A stretch of 64,000 bases of DNA from an uncultured Pseudomonadales bacterium (GTDB taxonomy: Bacteria > Patescibacteriota > Microgenomatia > UBA1400 > PJMF01). Below the pieces are notes generated by a model. That model was not told where the DNA came from. It made no database searches and saw only the letters and a list, made by a program, of their open reading frames with translations. The DNA is taken from assembly GCA_964607285.1 (NCBI GenBank), contig CAZSJW010000006.1:799-64798 (forward strand), given 5' to 3'. The translations under genes and the position numbers were made by a program. Each line of letters begins with the position of its first letter. Position 1 is the stretch's first letter. Positions 49,035-58,738 of this stretch are shown in pieces.

Positions 49035-49185
49035 TTATGTAATTTGCAAAACGTACTTCCGCTCATTCCAACCATTTTTTGGCTCGATGAATGTTTGATC
49101 GGTTGGTTTAAATCCAAGTTTTTTCAAGACGGAAACACTTTCAATATGTCTTCGCCTAGTGCTGGAATTTCATGCAAATTGGTAA
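49035..49185 (-). pseudogene. Possible relic of a RimJ/RimL GNAT acetyltransferase C-terminus
   Basis: Hand translation: ...STRRRHIESVSVLKKLGFKPTDQTFIEPKNGWNERKYVLQIT*; no in-frame start, and an upstream stop/frameshift. Confidence 0.4.
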
Positions 49186-49254
49186 CTTTATTCACTGGGC
49201 TAGTATAGCAAACCATAACTTTGCTACACTGAATACAGGAACTTTTTTCATCTC

Positions 49255-50400
49255 ATGAAAACCACAACTAAGCTGCTAGCAATATCTGGATTACACGGTC
49301 TAGCCGCAAGTATTGCAGACATTATTCTAAGCTTGTACATCTGGAGGTTGTTGGATTTGCGCGCTGTTGCTCAGTTCAAAATGACCGAATTATTACTAAT
49401 TCCGCTGCTGGGTTTTGGAATAGGTTGGCTAGGAAAGTATTTTGGACCAAAAATTGGTTTAGCTCTGGGATTAATTCTCTTCTGTATCGAAATTATAGTG
49501 TTACTTACTCTGGGTGAACAAATCACCCAACATCTATTGCTCATAGCACTCCTGAGTGGTGCCTCAATGGTGTGCAGATATATGTCGCTGAATGTGTTGT
49601 ATAGAACCGCTGTCACTCCAAAGCAACAGCCGCCATTTTATGGCAACATGAGTATTGTGTATTATGTTTTGCAGCTGGTATTTCCAATACTTAGTGGATT
49701 TATCATTTTACGTTCAGGATATACGCCATTATTCTGGGTGGCGCTTATTTGTTCGGCAATCATTCTTCTGATCTTGTACAGCGTTGGAACTTCTAACCTC
49801 AAAGTTACATTTGCTCCTCAAAAAGCTTTTCAGACTCTAAGCAAAGAAATTATCTCCCTTCTTTTTACACAAGTATGGTGGGGTCTTGAATATGCATTTT
49901 TTTTGACAGTGCTTCCCATACTTATTACTAGTCAATTTAAAGGAGAATTTGGCTGGGGTATAGTCATGACTGGCATGAGTTTCCTAAAAATTATCTCAAG
50001 TGTTTTGCTATTAAAATCGGCTTCCAAGCTACAGAAACAAAAAGTTGTGCGAATGGGCGGAGTTTTGGTATCGATTGGTGCACTGCTCTATGCAATTATT
50101 CCCACCCTTGATTACTTCTTGATTATTTTGCTGCTTTTGCAAATTTGGCAAGTAATCCAAGAAGTTATAATTCGTCCACACATGAACGCGCTTATGCGTT
50201 TGCCAGGCACTGCTCGCATCGGCATGCAGGAGTTCAGCTATATTTTAGAGCTTCCCTTCATGCTTGGCAGAATGCTGATGTATAGTTGCATCTGGCTGGT
50301 ATCTCCTTACATACAGTCACCCTATGCCATTTTCTTCCTATTCTTAATTGTCAGCATGGTACCTGTAAATGAAGCACGTGCACTACAAACAAAACTTTAA
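49255..50400 (+). CDS. MFS-type transporter
   Basis: About 12 TMs in two halves; GWLGKYFGPK (motif A-like), FPILSGFII..GY..LF. Confidence 0.75.
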   Translation: MKTTTKLLAISGLHGLAASIADIILSLYIWRLLDLRAVAQFKMTELLLIPLLGFGIGWLGKYFGPKIGLALGLILFCIEIIVLLTLGEQITQHLLLIALLSGASMVCRYMSLNVLYRTAVTPKQQPPFYGNMSIVYYVLQLVFPILSGFIILRSGYTPLFWVALICSAIILLILYSVGTSNLKVTFAPQKAFQTLSKEIISLLFTQVWWGLEYAFFLTVLPILITSQFKGEFGWGIVMTGMSFLKIISSVLLLKSASKLQKQKVVRMGGVLVSIGALLYAIIPTLDYFLIILLLLQIWQVIQEVIIRPHMNALMRLPGTARIGMQEFSYILELPFMLGRMLMYSCIWLVSPYIQSPYAIFFLFLIVSMVPVNEARALQTKL

Positions 50401-51059
50401 AGTGTATCAGTGGCCTCCAGGAGTTCTGGAAATGATAACTGAATTACTCCAGTCTGTATGCTTTGAATCACCCCTTCATCTTTGAGAACAGAGATTTCAC
50501 GAGTGACTGTCTCTCTTGAGATACCAATCAATGATGCTAACTCTGCATGCGTAAATGGTAATGAAACGACAACAGTATCACCACTTTCTGCTCCAAATCG
50601 ACGACTTAACTGAATAAGAACCTGTAGTAATCGCTGCTTACTTGTACCCACCATAAGTACCGCCTTTTCCTCAAGCTGTCCATTCATTCCAACTAATACT
50701 CTTGAGAGAGTCTCCCATAACAAACTCAGGTCTGACTGCAACCACTTTCTTACTTTTCCAATGGGTGCAATGCGAATAGTGAGATCTGTTTTAGCCTCAA
50801 ACTGATATACATTTGGCGTGTCATTTACGATTGCGGTTAATGGAAAAAAACTGGGTGCACGAAGAATATTGACTATAACCTCATTACCTCGTTCATGTAA
50901 TAACTTTACACATACCACACCTTCTTCTATGTAATAGACACTGTCCAAAAGAACCTGCTCTTGAAGAACCACTGTTTTTGCAGGTAATTCTTGCTGAGGA
51001 AAGGTGCTAAAGAAATCAGATACAGACTGTTTCAATGCTGGTACTTGCGAACTATTCAT
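50397..51059 (-). CDS. Crp/Fnr family transcriptional regulator
   Basis: VYYIEEGVV cNMP-type barrel; FTHAELASLIGISRETVTR HTH. Confidence 0.92.
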   Translation of the reverse strand: MNSSQVPALKQSVSDFFSTFPQQELPAKTVVLQEQVLLDSVYYIEEGVVCVKLLHERGNEVIVNILRAPSFFPLTAIVNDTPNVYQFEAKTDLTIRIAPIGKVRKWLQSDLSLLWETLSRVLVGMNGQLEEKAVLMVGTSKQRLLQVLIQLSRRFGAESGDTVVVSLPFTHAELASLIGISRETVTREISVLKDEGVIQSIQTGVIQLSFPELLEATDTL

Positions 51060-51234
51060 ACATATCCTCGTTTCTGTAAACTAGGTTTTCATATGTAGAT
51101 ACAGATTTCCATTTACTAAAGCTAGGCTAGTGTACAGTCTCTTCAAGAATATGCAACTCTTTTTTTACATTCTGGTGTTCAAGAGTTTTTCCCACTCGAT
51201 GAGCGTGCCACATCTGATACAATGCCAAAGTCGT

Positions 51235-52338
51235 ATGATTAGCAAACAGTTTCACACTTTTTACCATGATCAGCTTGTCCAAGCTATTGATTCATATATC
51301 AGGACTGAACTCCAAAACTTTCATGCTCTTCCATGGAGTAAACAGGTCACAGAGAAACTAATGGGGTTCTGCAAAGGTGGCAAGCTAGTCAGAGGTACTA
51401 CCTTTGTTGAAGCAACACACTTGCTGAGTAATACACTGCCCGCAAAACTAAAACTGACTGACCCTGCCATACTGGCAATTGGTGTGGCAATAGAACTATT
51501 TGGCTCAGCTTTGCTGATCCATGATGACATAATAGATCGGGATACACTCCGACGAGGCAAGGCAACAATTCACACACAGTTCGCTGAATGGGCAACTGAA
51601 CATGGCAGGCCATCACCTCAGCATGATGGTAATTCTGCAGCAATCGTGCTGGGAGACATACTGCTGTTTCTTGCCAACCGTGCAATCATTTCACAAACTG
51701 ATCCTGCACTTGATATAACTACTATCAAAACAATCCTGCAACAATTTTCGCGAGAGTCACTCTTTACAGCATTTGGGGAACTAGCAGATAGCATTGGTAC
51801 TCCAGATCAAGAGCAACTTTCAGAGGAGGGAATTCTAGAACTATACCGTACCAAAACAGCACACTATACATTCTGTATGCCACTAACAATGGCTGCAATT
51901 GCTAGTAAGCAGTCTGCAGAGCAAGTAGCACTGTGGGACACAATAGGTCAGCATCTTGGAGTTCTTTTTCAAATTAAAGATGACGAACTCGGCCTATTTG
52001 GTAATCCAGACGTCACGGGCAAGGCTGTTGGAGCTGATATTCGGGAAAATAAACGAACGTTATACTTTCTACTTACCCGCAATGCTCTTCTCAAAGCGAA
52101 CCAAACAAAAAAATTAGAACTATTAGAAAAAGCATACGGAAACCCTGAGATAACGCAAACTGATATTCTAGCAGTTTCTAAGCTCATTGAAGACACTGGC
52201 ACAAGGCTAGCACTCCAAAATCGTATGCGCACAGTAGCCACCACAACTACCAATATGCTGCAGTCTCTCGAACCATCTGAACCACTTCGACAATGGTTTT
52301 CTAAACTTGTAGAGTTTACAATTGCCCGCACCAAATAA
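51235..52338 (+). CDS. Polyprenyl (GGPP-type) diphosphate synthase
   Basis: GGKLVRG, LIHDDIIDRDTLRRG, KTAHYT, FQIKDDELG, GKAVGADIRENK; start taken at ATG 51235. Confidence 0.92.
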   Translation: MISKQFHTFYHDQLVQAIDSYIRTELQNFHALPWSKQVTEKLMGFCKGGKLVRGTTFVEATHLLSNTLPAKLKLTDPAILAIGVAIELFGSALLIHDDIIDRDTLRRGKATIHTQFAEWATEHGRPSPQHDGNSAAIVLGDILLFLANRAIISQTDPALDITTIKTILQQFSRESLFTAFGELADSIGTPDQEQLSEEGILELYRTKTAHYTFCMPLTMAAIASKQSAEQVALWDTIGQHLGVLFQIKDDELGLFGNPDVTGKAVGADIRENKRTLYFLLTRNALLKANQTKKLELLEKAYGNPEITQTDILAVSKLIEDTGTRLALQNRMRTVATTTTNMLQSLEPSEPLRQWFSKLVEFTIARTK

Positions 52339-52346
52339 TTGCAATT

Positions 52347-53183
52347 TTATATGTGTATCTGTAGTGCCTGAGTAACTTCTTGTATGATTGTAGTAATGTG
52401 CACTGCATCCGCTTGATCAAGATCCAATGCGCTACCTACCTTGTGTGATCTAAAATGTTGCCTTTCAGCAAGTGCACTCTCCTCGGTTCTCTGGGACGCA
52501 GCTTTTGGATACTGTTTCGTCCAACTTGGAATTTCTGGTTGCATGTGACGAATAGGTATGTCGCTCGTATCAAGCAACCAATGCCTATCGCTATTCTTAT
52601 CCACAATCTTGACTGACCCAAGAGAAAGTGAGTCTTTTTGTATCCATGCATCTCCAGTAGAACCAGCTACGTCTATTTCTAGAAGTGATGCACCAGATGG
52701 CAGCGTGTCCACGCTCAGCACCTCACGCAAGTGACTAGAAAATTGCTGCTGTGACGGCATTCCTGCATATTTTTCATTGTCTCTTGGCAATCGTGCAATC
52801 AGTACTTGCCAACCTCCAAGTCTCTTTGTCATCTTTGGTTTGCCATGGGATACAGTTCTCATGGGCTGTTGAAACATGGGCAATATGAAAATACTGTAAC
52901 AAAAGTCTGCGCCAGCACCTGCACAGTTTGATATATGGCCAACCTGCTCAAACAGTGTGCTCGCTACCCTGGTTGCACCAGTTTGTATTCTGGGAACAGA
53001 CTCAATTAACCCTACAAGTTGATCCATAAGAACACTAAGTCCTTCTTGCTCACTCTGTCTTCTTGACTCCACAGAAGCTTGAGCGATAACTGGTGAAAGA
53101 GCACTACTTTTCCCTCCAAAAAAACTTCTCAACCAATGCCATGGATGTTGCTTTTCAGGACGTGGATGCACTTCTGTAGTCAT
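52347..53183 (-). CDS. Hypothetical protein
   Basis: 278 aa ORF filling the gap; no recognised motif. Confidence 0.6.
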   Translation of the reverse strand: MTTEVHPRPEKQHPWHWLRSFFGGKSSALSPVIAQASVESRRQSEQEGLSVLMDQLVGLIESVPRIQTGATRVASTLFEQVGHISNCAGAGADFCYSIFILPMFQQPMRTVSHGKPKMTKRLGGWQVLIARLPRDNEKYAGMPSQQQFSSHLREVLSVDTLPSGASLLEIDVAGSTGDAWIQKDSLSLGSVKIVDKNSDRHWLLDTSDIPIRHMQPEIPSWTKQYPKAASQRTEESALAERQHFRSHKVGSALDLDQADAVHITTIIQEVTQALQIHI

Positions 53184-53246
53184 ATTTGAATTTTGATTAA
53201 TATTGAGTACTCTATCTGATTTATGCTACCATGAATATGAATACAT

Positions 53247-56200
53247 ATGCGTCGGAATTTCCTTAATCAAGTTGGTGTTTTTTTTCTTGCTGCTTTTGTA
53301 AGCATAAGTGGTCTTATCTACCATTGGAACTATATCCGAGCAGAGGGAACCTATGCAAACATTGGTACCGCTACTGGTACAAATGGTGGTTATGATGCGG
53401 TAAGTTGGTCGCAGGGCTACCCCATCATGATTGACTCTTACGGCAAGTTTATTATCCCCGTACAGCACCACACGCTCGGGAATCGCTTCGCATACAGCAA
53501 CAATGATGGATCCAGTTGGAGTGAAACAACTACTGGTGGGGACATGGCCAACCGTCCCGCTGCTGTGTATGACAGCATCAATGACAAAATCCACGTGTTG
53601 ATTACTGATACTGACAGCGCAACATATAAACGTTTTATTATTAACCGTGATAAAAACTATAATATCGTCTCAATTGAGTTAGATCCCACACTTACCCCGC
53701 TTGCGCTGGACACCGAAGCGACTTGCACCAGTGGTGAGTTCGCAAACCCTATTTTACTTTGGAAAAATACAGGAGATGAAGGCACTATCGTGGCATTTTG
53801 GACTACACTCAAAACTAATTGTGGAGGCGATAACCTTTCGGCATCCCGCGCATCCATGCGCACACTCACCAATACCAGTGCAGACGGTGTGGCAAGCAAC
53901 TGGGCAGCACTTGATGGCACCAACGACAGCGGTGCTACCGCGCCAGCCGTTGCCAACTTTGATGAGTTGTATTCATATGCAGGAGTGCATAGTCATCCAT
54001 TTCAACACTCAGCACTCATCCGTGGCGGATCAGGAGGCAAAGCTGAAGACATCTATCACTTTACAACTGACGAAGACGATACGCATGGATATCGCCGACT
54101 GGCTTGGAGCTCAGGCAGCAGCAACTGGTCTGGAAGCTGGACAGCTCGCGCAGAGTTTGGAGGAGATGTAAACAACGCTAGTGGATACACGCTTAAACAC
54201 GAGTTGCTCAGCAAACCCGTCTATGCCTCTGGACATGGCAAAGTATATCTCGGCATTGCTCGATATCTGGGCGGTGGTGATGGGGACACACAAAGTTTGT
54301 ACTCCGTCGACGATAGTGATGCAATTACTCTCGAAAGCAATGTCTACTCTGCGGAAGGGTCGCACTGTCTCTATCCAACTTTTGATCTAACCTACGACAG
54401 CGTGGAAGACGAATTATACTTCTTCTACATTATCTCCGGCGCAAGCTCAGTATGTGGACACACATACTACGTGACCTACGATGGCGATACGTTCTCTGAC
54501 CCCATTGCCTACTACACAGTTGCCAACCGCTCGGTTGATATTCCCATTGTCTATCAGAATCGGTACAAGGACAAACTGCATTTGTTCTATCGTTTGAACA
54601 GTGCAGATGACCCCAACACGCCGCCCCATGAAGTACATTACGGAACTGTAGCACTTAGCGACTCTATCACTGAACCATCAGTTAGTGCTGGCACTAGCCC
54701 CTACACAGCTACAACCTATGCCGACTTCACACAAACTTGTCGTTCACTTTCCACTACAGAAGCAACCAATACTTCAGGTGGTGAGTTTACTCTAACAAGT
54801 TCTTTGCGTGATGACTTCGAGACACCGACTGCACCGTACACTATGGTCTGGAAAGACTTCTGGAATTTAGGGGTGTGGAGTGGTGGTACATTTAACCCCA
54901 CCCCAGATGGAACTGTGTTAGTCTACAATGCAACTGGCGCATACATGCTCGGCAATGTGACGGCAACCCAAAAATCGCTTGAATTCCGAGCCCAATTTAC
55001 TAATCACTCTTTCCAACACATTGGTTGGGTACCTGATGAAAATTTCGGCCAATATATTATGTTTAGCACACATAATAATGGTCAATTGAACGCTCGTTTT
55101 AACTCGGGGGGAGGAGAGACAATCGAGAATCTCGGATCTTCATACTTTGGTAGTTTCCACACCTACAGAATTGATTGGGGAGCCACAGAGGTGGTGTTTT
55201 ATATAGATGGTACTGAAGTAGCAACAATCGCCAACACATCAGGAACTGCCATGACACCTATCATCTCTAACAACACAACAACTGCAGGATCAGATCTCGA
55301 GGTTGACTGGCTCCGTATAAAGAACTTCCCTTCTACCACTGGAACGTATCGGTTCTGCTCACTCGATGGTGGGGCCGCGAACACATTCTGGGATACGGTA
55401 ACCTACACTGCAACCGCCTCAGGTGGCACAACAAGTTATGAGACACGTACCTCAGCAGACAACGACTCATGGTCAAGTTGGTCTGCTGAACAGGACAGTG
55501 GTGAGTCTGTTTTAAGTGCCGCTGCTCGCTATATCCAGATTCTTTTCAACTTTGCTGGTTCTACAACTGAAACACCAAGCATTAATAATTTCTCTATTAC
55601 CTTCGAGCAAGCACCAGCAGTCGCTAGCTCTTTGGCCCAATATCAAAGCAATGGCTCAACCAGCATTAGTACGGGTGGCAGCACCACAGAAACAACTGTT
55701 GTCTTCAAGTACAACATGTCAGACGGAGACAGCTCAGAAACATTAACACCTGAACTAGAAGTACGAGCAGTTGGCACTGACTTCACAAACATACCGTCTG
55801 CCACAGGGAGTGCTGTTGTGTACTCAGGATCAGCAGTATCGGGCACTGTTACCATTTCAAGTGGTTTAGCAACAAACACTAGCTACCACTGGCAAGCTCG
55901 GGTGTGCGATGAACACCAATGTTCAGCTTGGACTAGCTACGGTGGGAATGCTGAAACTGCAGCTGATTTTTCAATTACAACAGCTAGTGCCGAAGAGACT
56001 GGCACAAGTGAAACAAACAGCACCAGTAGTTCCTCATCATCACCTCAGCCACCAAGCTGTGCTCTAGCTAGCCCTGGATCGAAAACACCTCTGCTATATG
56101 GTGCCATAGCAGAGGACTCTGACAAAGTTCGACTGTATTTTGCACCAGGAGATGCCCCGTACGACTACTATGCATTGAGCTTCGGACTTAGTAGCGGTTC

Positions 56201-56822
56201 ACAAGAGTATGGCTCAGACAATATTGGCAATGCTGAACAGCGATCGTACTTGGTGACCAACCTGCAACCCAATACTGAGTACTTCTTCCGAGTACGCAAC
56301 GGTCATGGCTGCGCACCTGGCAATTGGTCTAACGAACTGTCAGTCCGTACGCTCAGGTCAATGCGGACTAACACATTGTTGCTCAGTACAGAGCTGCTAC
56401 CAATACCAAAAAGTGAGCCCTTGATAGCAGAAGAAGTAGCAAGCCCAAGCAGTGAACTTACCACCGAGTCTATGCAGCAATACCAAGATTTAAGCATCTT
56501 TGTCAAAAATGAATCGGGCGCATCCGTTGCAGGTGCCTCTGTTGAGCTTCACTCCACACCAAGATATACCAAAACTGACGATGAAGGACGTGCTACGTTT
56601 ACCGATGTCGAGCCTGGTGAGCATACTCTTACAATTGCCTACGACTCATACAGTGGTGAACAAAAAGTGTTCCTTGATGGCAGTAAGCCTGACGTTGAAA
56701 TTGTTGTCACTTTACGTAAAGAAGGCGTGAGTACCGAGACCTATATTTTGGCTGGAGCTGTAGTCATTGGGTCACTGCTTCTCAGTATCGGCTTGTTTGT
56801 CTTTGCTAGGCGGCGTACCTAG
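53247..56822 (+). CDS. Large cell-surface protein (Asp-box/propeller-like region, ConA/GH16-like, FN3 and carboxypeptidase-regulatory-like domains, C-terminal TM)
   Basis: Signal anchor; YSNNDGSSWS; FHTYRIDW...FYIDG; VTNLQPNTEYFFRVR; TDDEGRATFTDVEPGEHTL; TM plus RRRT. Confidence 0.8.
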   Translation: MRRNFLNQVGVFFLAAFVSISGLIYHWNYIRAEGTYANIGTATGTNGGYDAVSWSQGYPIMIDSYGKFIIPVQHHTLGNRFAYSNNDGSSWSETTTGGDMANRPAAVYDSINDKIHVLITDTDSATYKRFIINRDKNYNIVSIELDPTLTPLALDTEATCTSGEFANPILLWKNTGDEGTIVAFWTTLKTNCGGDNLSASRASMRTLTNTSADGVASNWAALDGTNDSGATAPAVANFDELYSYAGVHSHPFQHSALIRGGSGGKAEDIYHFTTDEDDTHGYRRLAWSSGSSNWSGSWTARAEFGGDVNNASGYTLKHELLSKPVYASGHGKVYLGIARYLGGGDGDTQSLYSVDDSDAITLESNVYSAEGSHCLYPTFDLTYDSVEDELYFFYIISGASSVCGHTYYVTYDGDTFSDPIAYYTVANRSVDIPIVYQNRYKDKLHLFYRLNSADDPNTPPHEVHYGTVALSDSITEPSVSAGTSPYTATTYADFTQTCRSLSTTEATNTSGGEFTLTSSLRDDFETPTAPYTMVWKDFWNLGVWSGGTFNPTPDGTVLVYNATGAYMLGNVTATQKSLEFRAQFTNHSFQHIGWVPDENFGQYIMFSTHNNGQLNARFNSGGGETIENLGSSYFGSFHTYRIDWGATEVVFYIDGTEVATIANTSGTAMTPIISNNTTTAGSDLEVDWLRIKNFPSTTGTYRFCSLDGGAANTFWDTVTYTATASGGTTSYETRTSADNDSWSSWSAEQDSGESVLSAAARYIQILFNFAGSTTETPSINNFSITFEQAPAVASSLAQYQSNGSTSISTGGSTTETTVVFKYNMSDGDSSETLTPELEVRAVGTDFTNIPSATGSAVVYSGSAVSGTVTISSGLATNTSYHWQARVCDEHQCSAWTSYGGNAETAADFSITTASAEETGTSETNSTSSSSSSPQPPSCALASPGSKTPLLYGAIAEDSDKVRLYFAPGDAPYDYYALSFGLSSGSQEYGSDNIGNAEQRSYLVTNLQPNTEYFFRVRNGHGCAPGNWSNELSVRTLRSMRTNTLLLSTELLPIPKSEPLIAEEVASPSSELTTESMQQYQDLSIFVKNESGASVAGASVELHSTPRYTKTDDEGRATFTDVEPGEHTLTIAYDSYSGEQKVFLDGSKPDVEIVVTLRKEGVSTETYILAGAVVIGSLLLSIGLFVFARRRT

Positions 56823-56823
56823 T

Positions 56824-56988
56824 CTATTGTTTTTTATTTTTTGGCACAAACAAAAGTGATGCTTAGTTTACACAGTGTCTTGTGTTTTTCTCAGTTAGTT
56901 GCTCACCAGTAAAGGGTGCTTCTGTGCCCTTTTCTATAATAACCTGTTTCTCTGCAGCTGATAACGGTGAAATTGAAATTTTTTGCAT
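56824..56988 (-). pseudogene. msrB: msrB relic with an internal deletion and a nonsense codon
   Basis: MQKISISPLSAAEKQVIIEKGTEAPFTGE|QLTEKNTRHCVN*ASLLFVPKNKKQ*: the MsrB N-terminal KGTE.PF.G and C-terminal RHCVNS motifs are directly fused. Confidence 0.85.
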
Positions 56989-57124
56989 GATTATTCCTTT
57001 TAATTTTGTACTGACTGTTAATTGTTTTTTGCAGCAGATAGGACTGCATCTATACTAGCTGGAGTGATGTACTGCGTATATACTGAAACGACTTGCCGCC
57101 AGTACTCAAACATAAGGGAACGCC

Positions 57125-57457
57125 ATGAGCAAAACAAAGAAGACACAAGTAAAGAAGCAGCTTTCACCGCAGCACTTAGAAGAAGCCTTTGCAATTGTAT
57201 GCCAAGAACTGCTCGAGACTTTCATCAAAAAACACAAAGACTATGGTAAAGGCAATATTCTCTCAATCAAGGAACTCGGCATAGCCTTCCGAGAAACTGA
57301 GAAGGTAGAGCGATTGAAAAATTTGCTACTCCAAAGCAATCAACCACAAAACGAGTCAATAGATGACACATGGATCGATGTAGCTGTGTATGGTGTCATT
57401 GCTATCATGTATCGGCGCGGCTGGTTTCAGTCCCTGGAACTACCCAAGTCTCAATAG
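57125..57457 (+). CDS. DUF1599-like (nucleotide-modification-associated, all-alpha NTP-PPase-like) protein
   Basis: FIKKHKDYG, EKVERLKNL, NESIDDTWIDVAVYGVIA. Confidence 0.75.
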   Translation: MSKTKKTQVKKQLSPQHLEEAFAIVCQELLETFIKKHKDYGKGNILSIKELGIAFRETEKVERLKNLLLQSNQPQNESIDDTWIDVAVYGVIAIMYRRGWFQSLELPKSQ

Positions 57458-57539
57458 CCATTTAGAGGGTGTGATATAATTTGAACGACTATTTTGCTGA
57501 TTCAGCAATGTATACCTACACTCCTATTTGGAAACATAC

Positions 57540-58649
57540 ATGAAAAATAACGAAAGACTGTTAAGTACTAGCAAAGAGCCCAAAGACTTTCAACTTACTG
57601 CTTCTATTGCTGACTTGTTGCACGCTGCTTCCGAACTGTACATGCTCACGCTTCACTCAGAACACGAACAACTTCTTGCCAACTCTCAAAAGCAACAACC
57701 ACCCTCAAGAAAAAAATCTCGGGAATCTGAATATGCTGAAAGTTCCTTTGAACTTTTTCTTACAGATATTAATGCTGAGCAAAGGACTAAACGAGGCTTA
57801 TTAAATCATGAGCAAGAGATTTGGCTCTCACAAGTGCGGGAGTTGGGCGAACTGGCAGAACTCATTATGAATGTACAGGGATACGAGGCAGTGACTGAAG
57901 GAGCTTCTCAATTTTTACACATGCTTACTGAAAAAGCAGAGGCAGCAAAAGAGTGCCTAAGTTTGTCGAACACGAGACTAGTCATTTCAGTGGCACGAAA
58001 GTATCAAGACAGAGGACTTCCACTTCTAGATCTAATTCAGGAAGGCAACATAGGATTGCTGAAAGCCGTGAATAAATTTAATTGGCGACGTGACCTAAGG
58101 TTTAGTACGTACGCAACCTGGTGGATTAGACAAGCGGTCCTCAGAAGCATCGAGAATGATAGCAGAACTGTCAGACTCCCAAGTTATGTTTCAAATACAG
58201 TAAACAGAGTACAACACCAGTACTTTGCATTGGCAACCAAAAATGGAGAGTACCCAAGCAACGCTCAAATCGCTGAGGTGTTAGACATCCCTGAAGAGCA
58301 TGTAGCAGAAAGTTGGAGGGTTGGAAGCATGCAACCAAGCAGCCTGAATGCACTGCTCTCTGATTCTGAAGACTCTGAAGAGTCAATAGATCTTGTTGCA
58401 GATGAAGAGACACCTTTTATAGATGTGATTGCCCACAATACAATTTTGGCAGAATTACAGCAAATCTGCAGCACTCTCAATGAAAGAGAAGTCGCAATCA
58501 TCCAAAAGCGAATGATGGGAGAAGAAACACACAAGCAAGTCGGAGCTGAATTTGGCATCAGTAGAGAGAGAATACGACAAATTGAAAAAGCACTAAAAGT
58601 AAAACTAAGAGAACATTTTGAGGGCTTGGGCTTTTCTACAGAAAACTAG
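57540..58649 (+). CDS. Sigma-70 family (RpoD/SigA-like, divergent) sigma factor
   Basis: NTRLVISVARKY, LDLIQEGNIGLLKAV, FSTYATWWIRQA, RTVRLP, SRERIRQIE; TGATATAAT at 57472-57480. Confidence 0.92.
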   Translation: MKNNERLLSTSKEPKDFQLTASIADLLHAASELYMLTLHSEHEQLLANSQKQQPPSRKKSRESEYAESSFELFLTDINAEQRTKRGLLNHEQEIWLSQVRELGELAELIMNVQGYEAVTEGASQFLHMLTEKAEAAKECLSLSNTRLVISVARKYQDRGLPLLDLIQEGNIGLLKAVNKFNWRRDLRFSTYATWWIRQAVLRSIENDSRTVRLPSYVSNTVNRVQHQYFALATKNGEYPSNAQIAEVLDIPEEHVAESWRVGSMQPSSLNALLSDSEDSEESIDLVADEETPFIDVIAHNTILAELQQICSTLNEREVAIIQKRMMGEETHKQVGAEFGISRERIRQIEKALKVKLREHFEGLGFSTEN

Positions 58650-58738
58650 TTACTCAGTTTATTACACAGTAAAAATTGACTGTTTCGTTATTCCGAGTGG
58701 CGACTATACTACTTGTATAGACACTGCGTAAGGATTTC

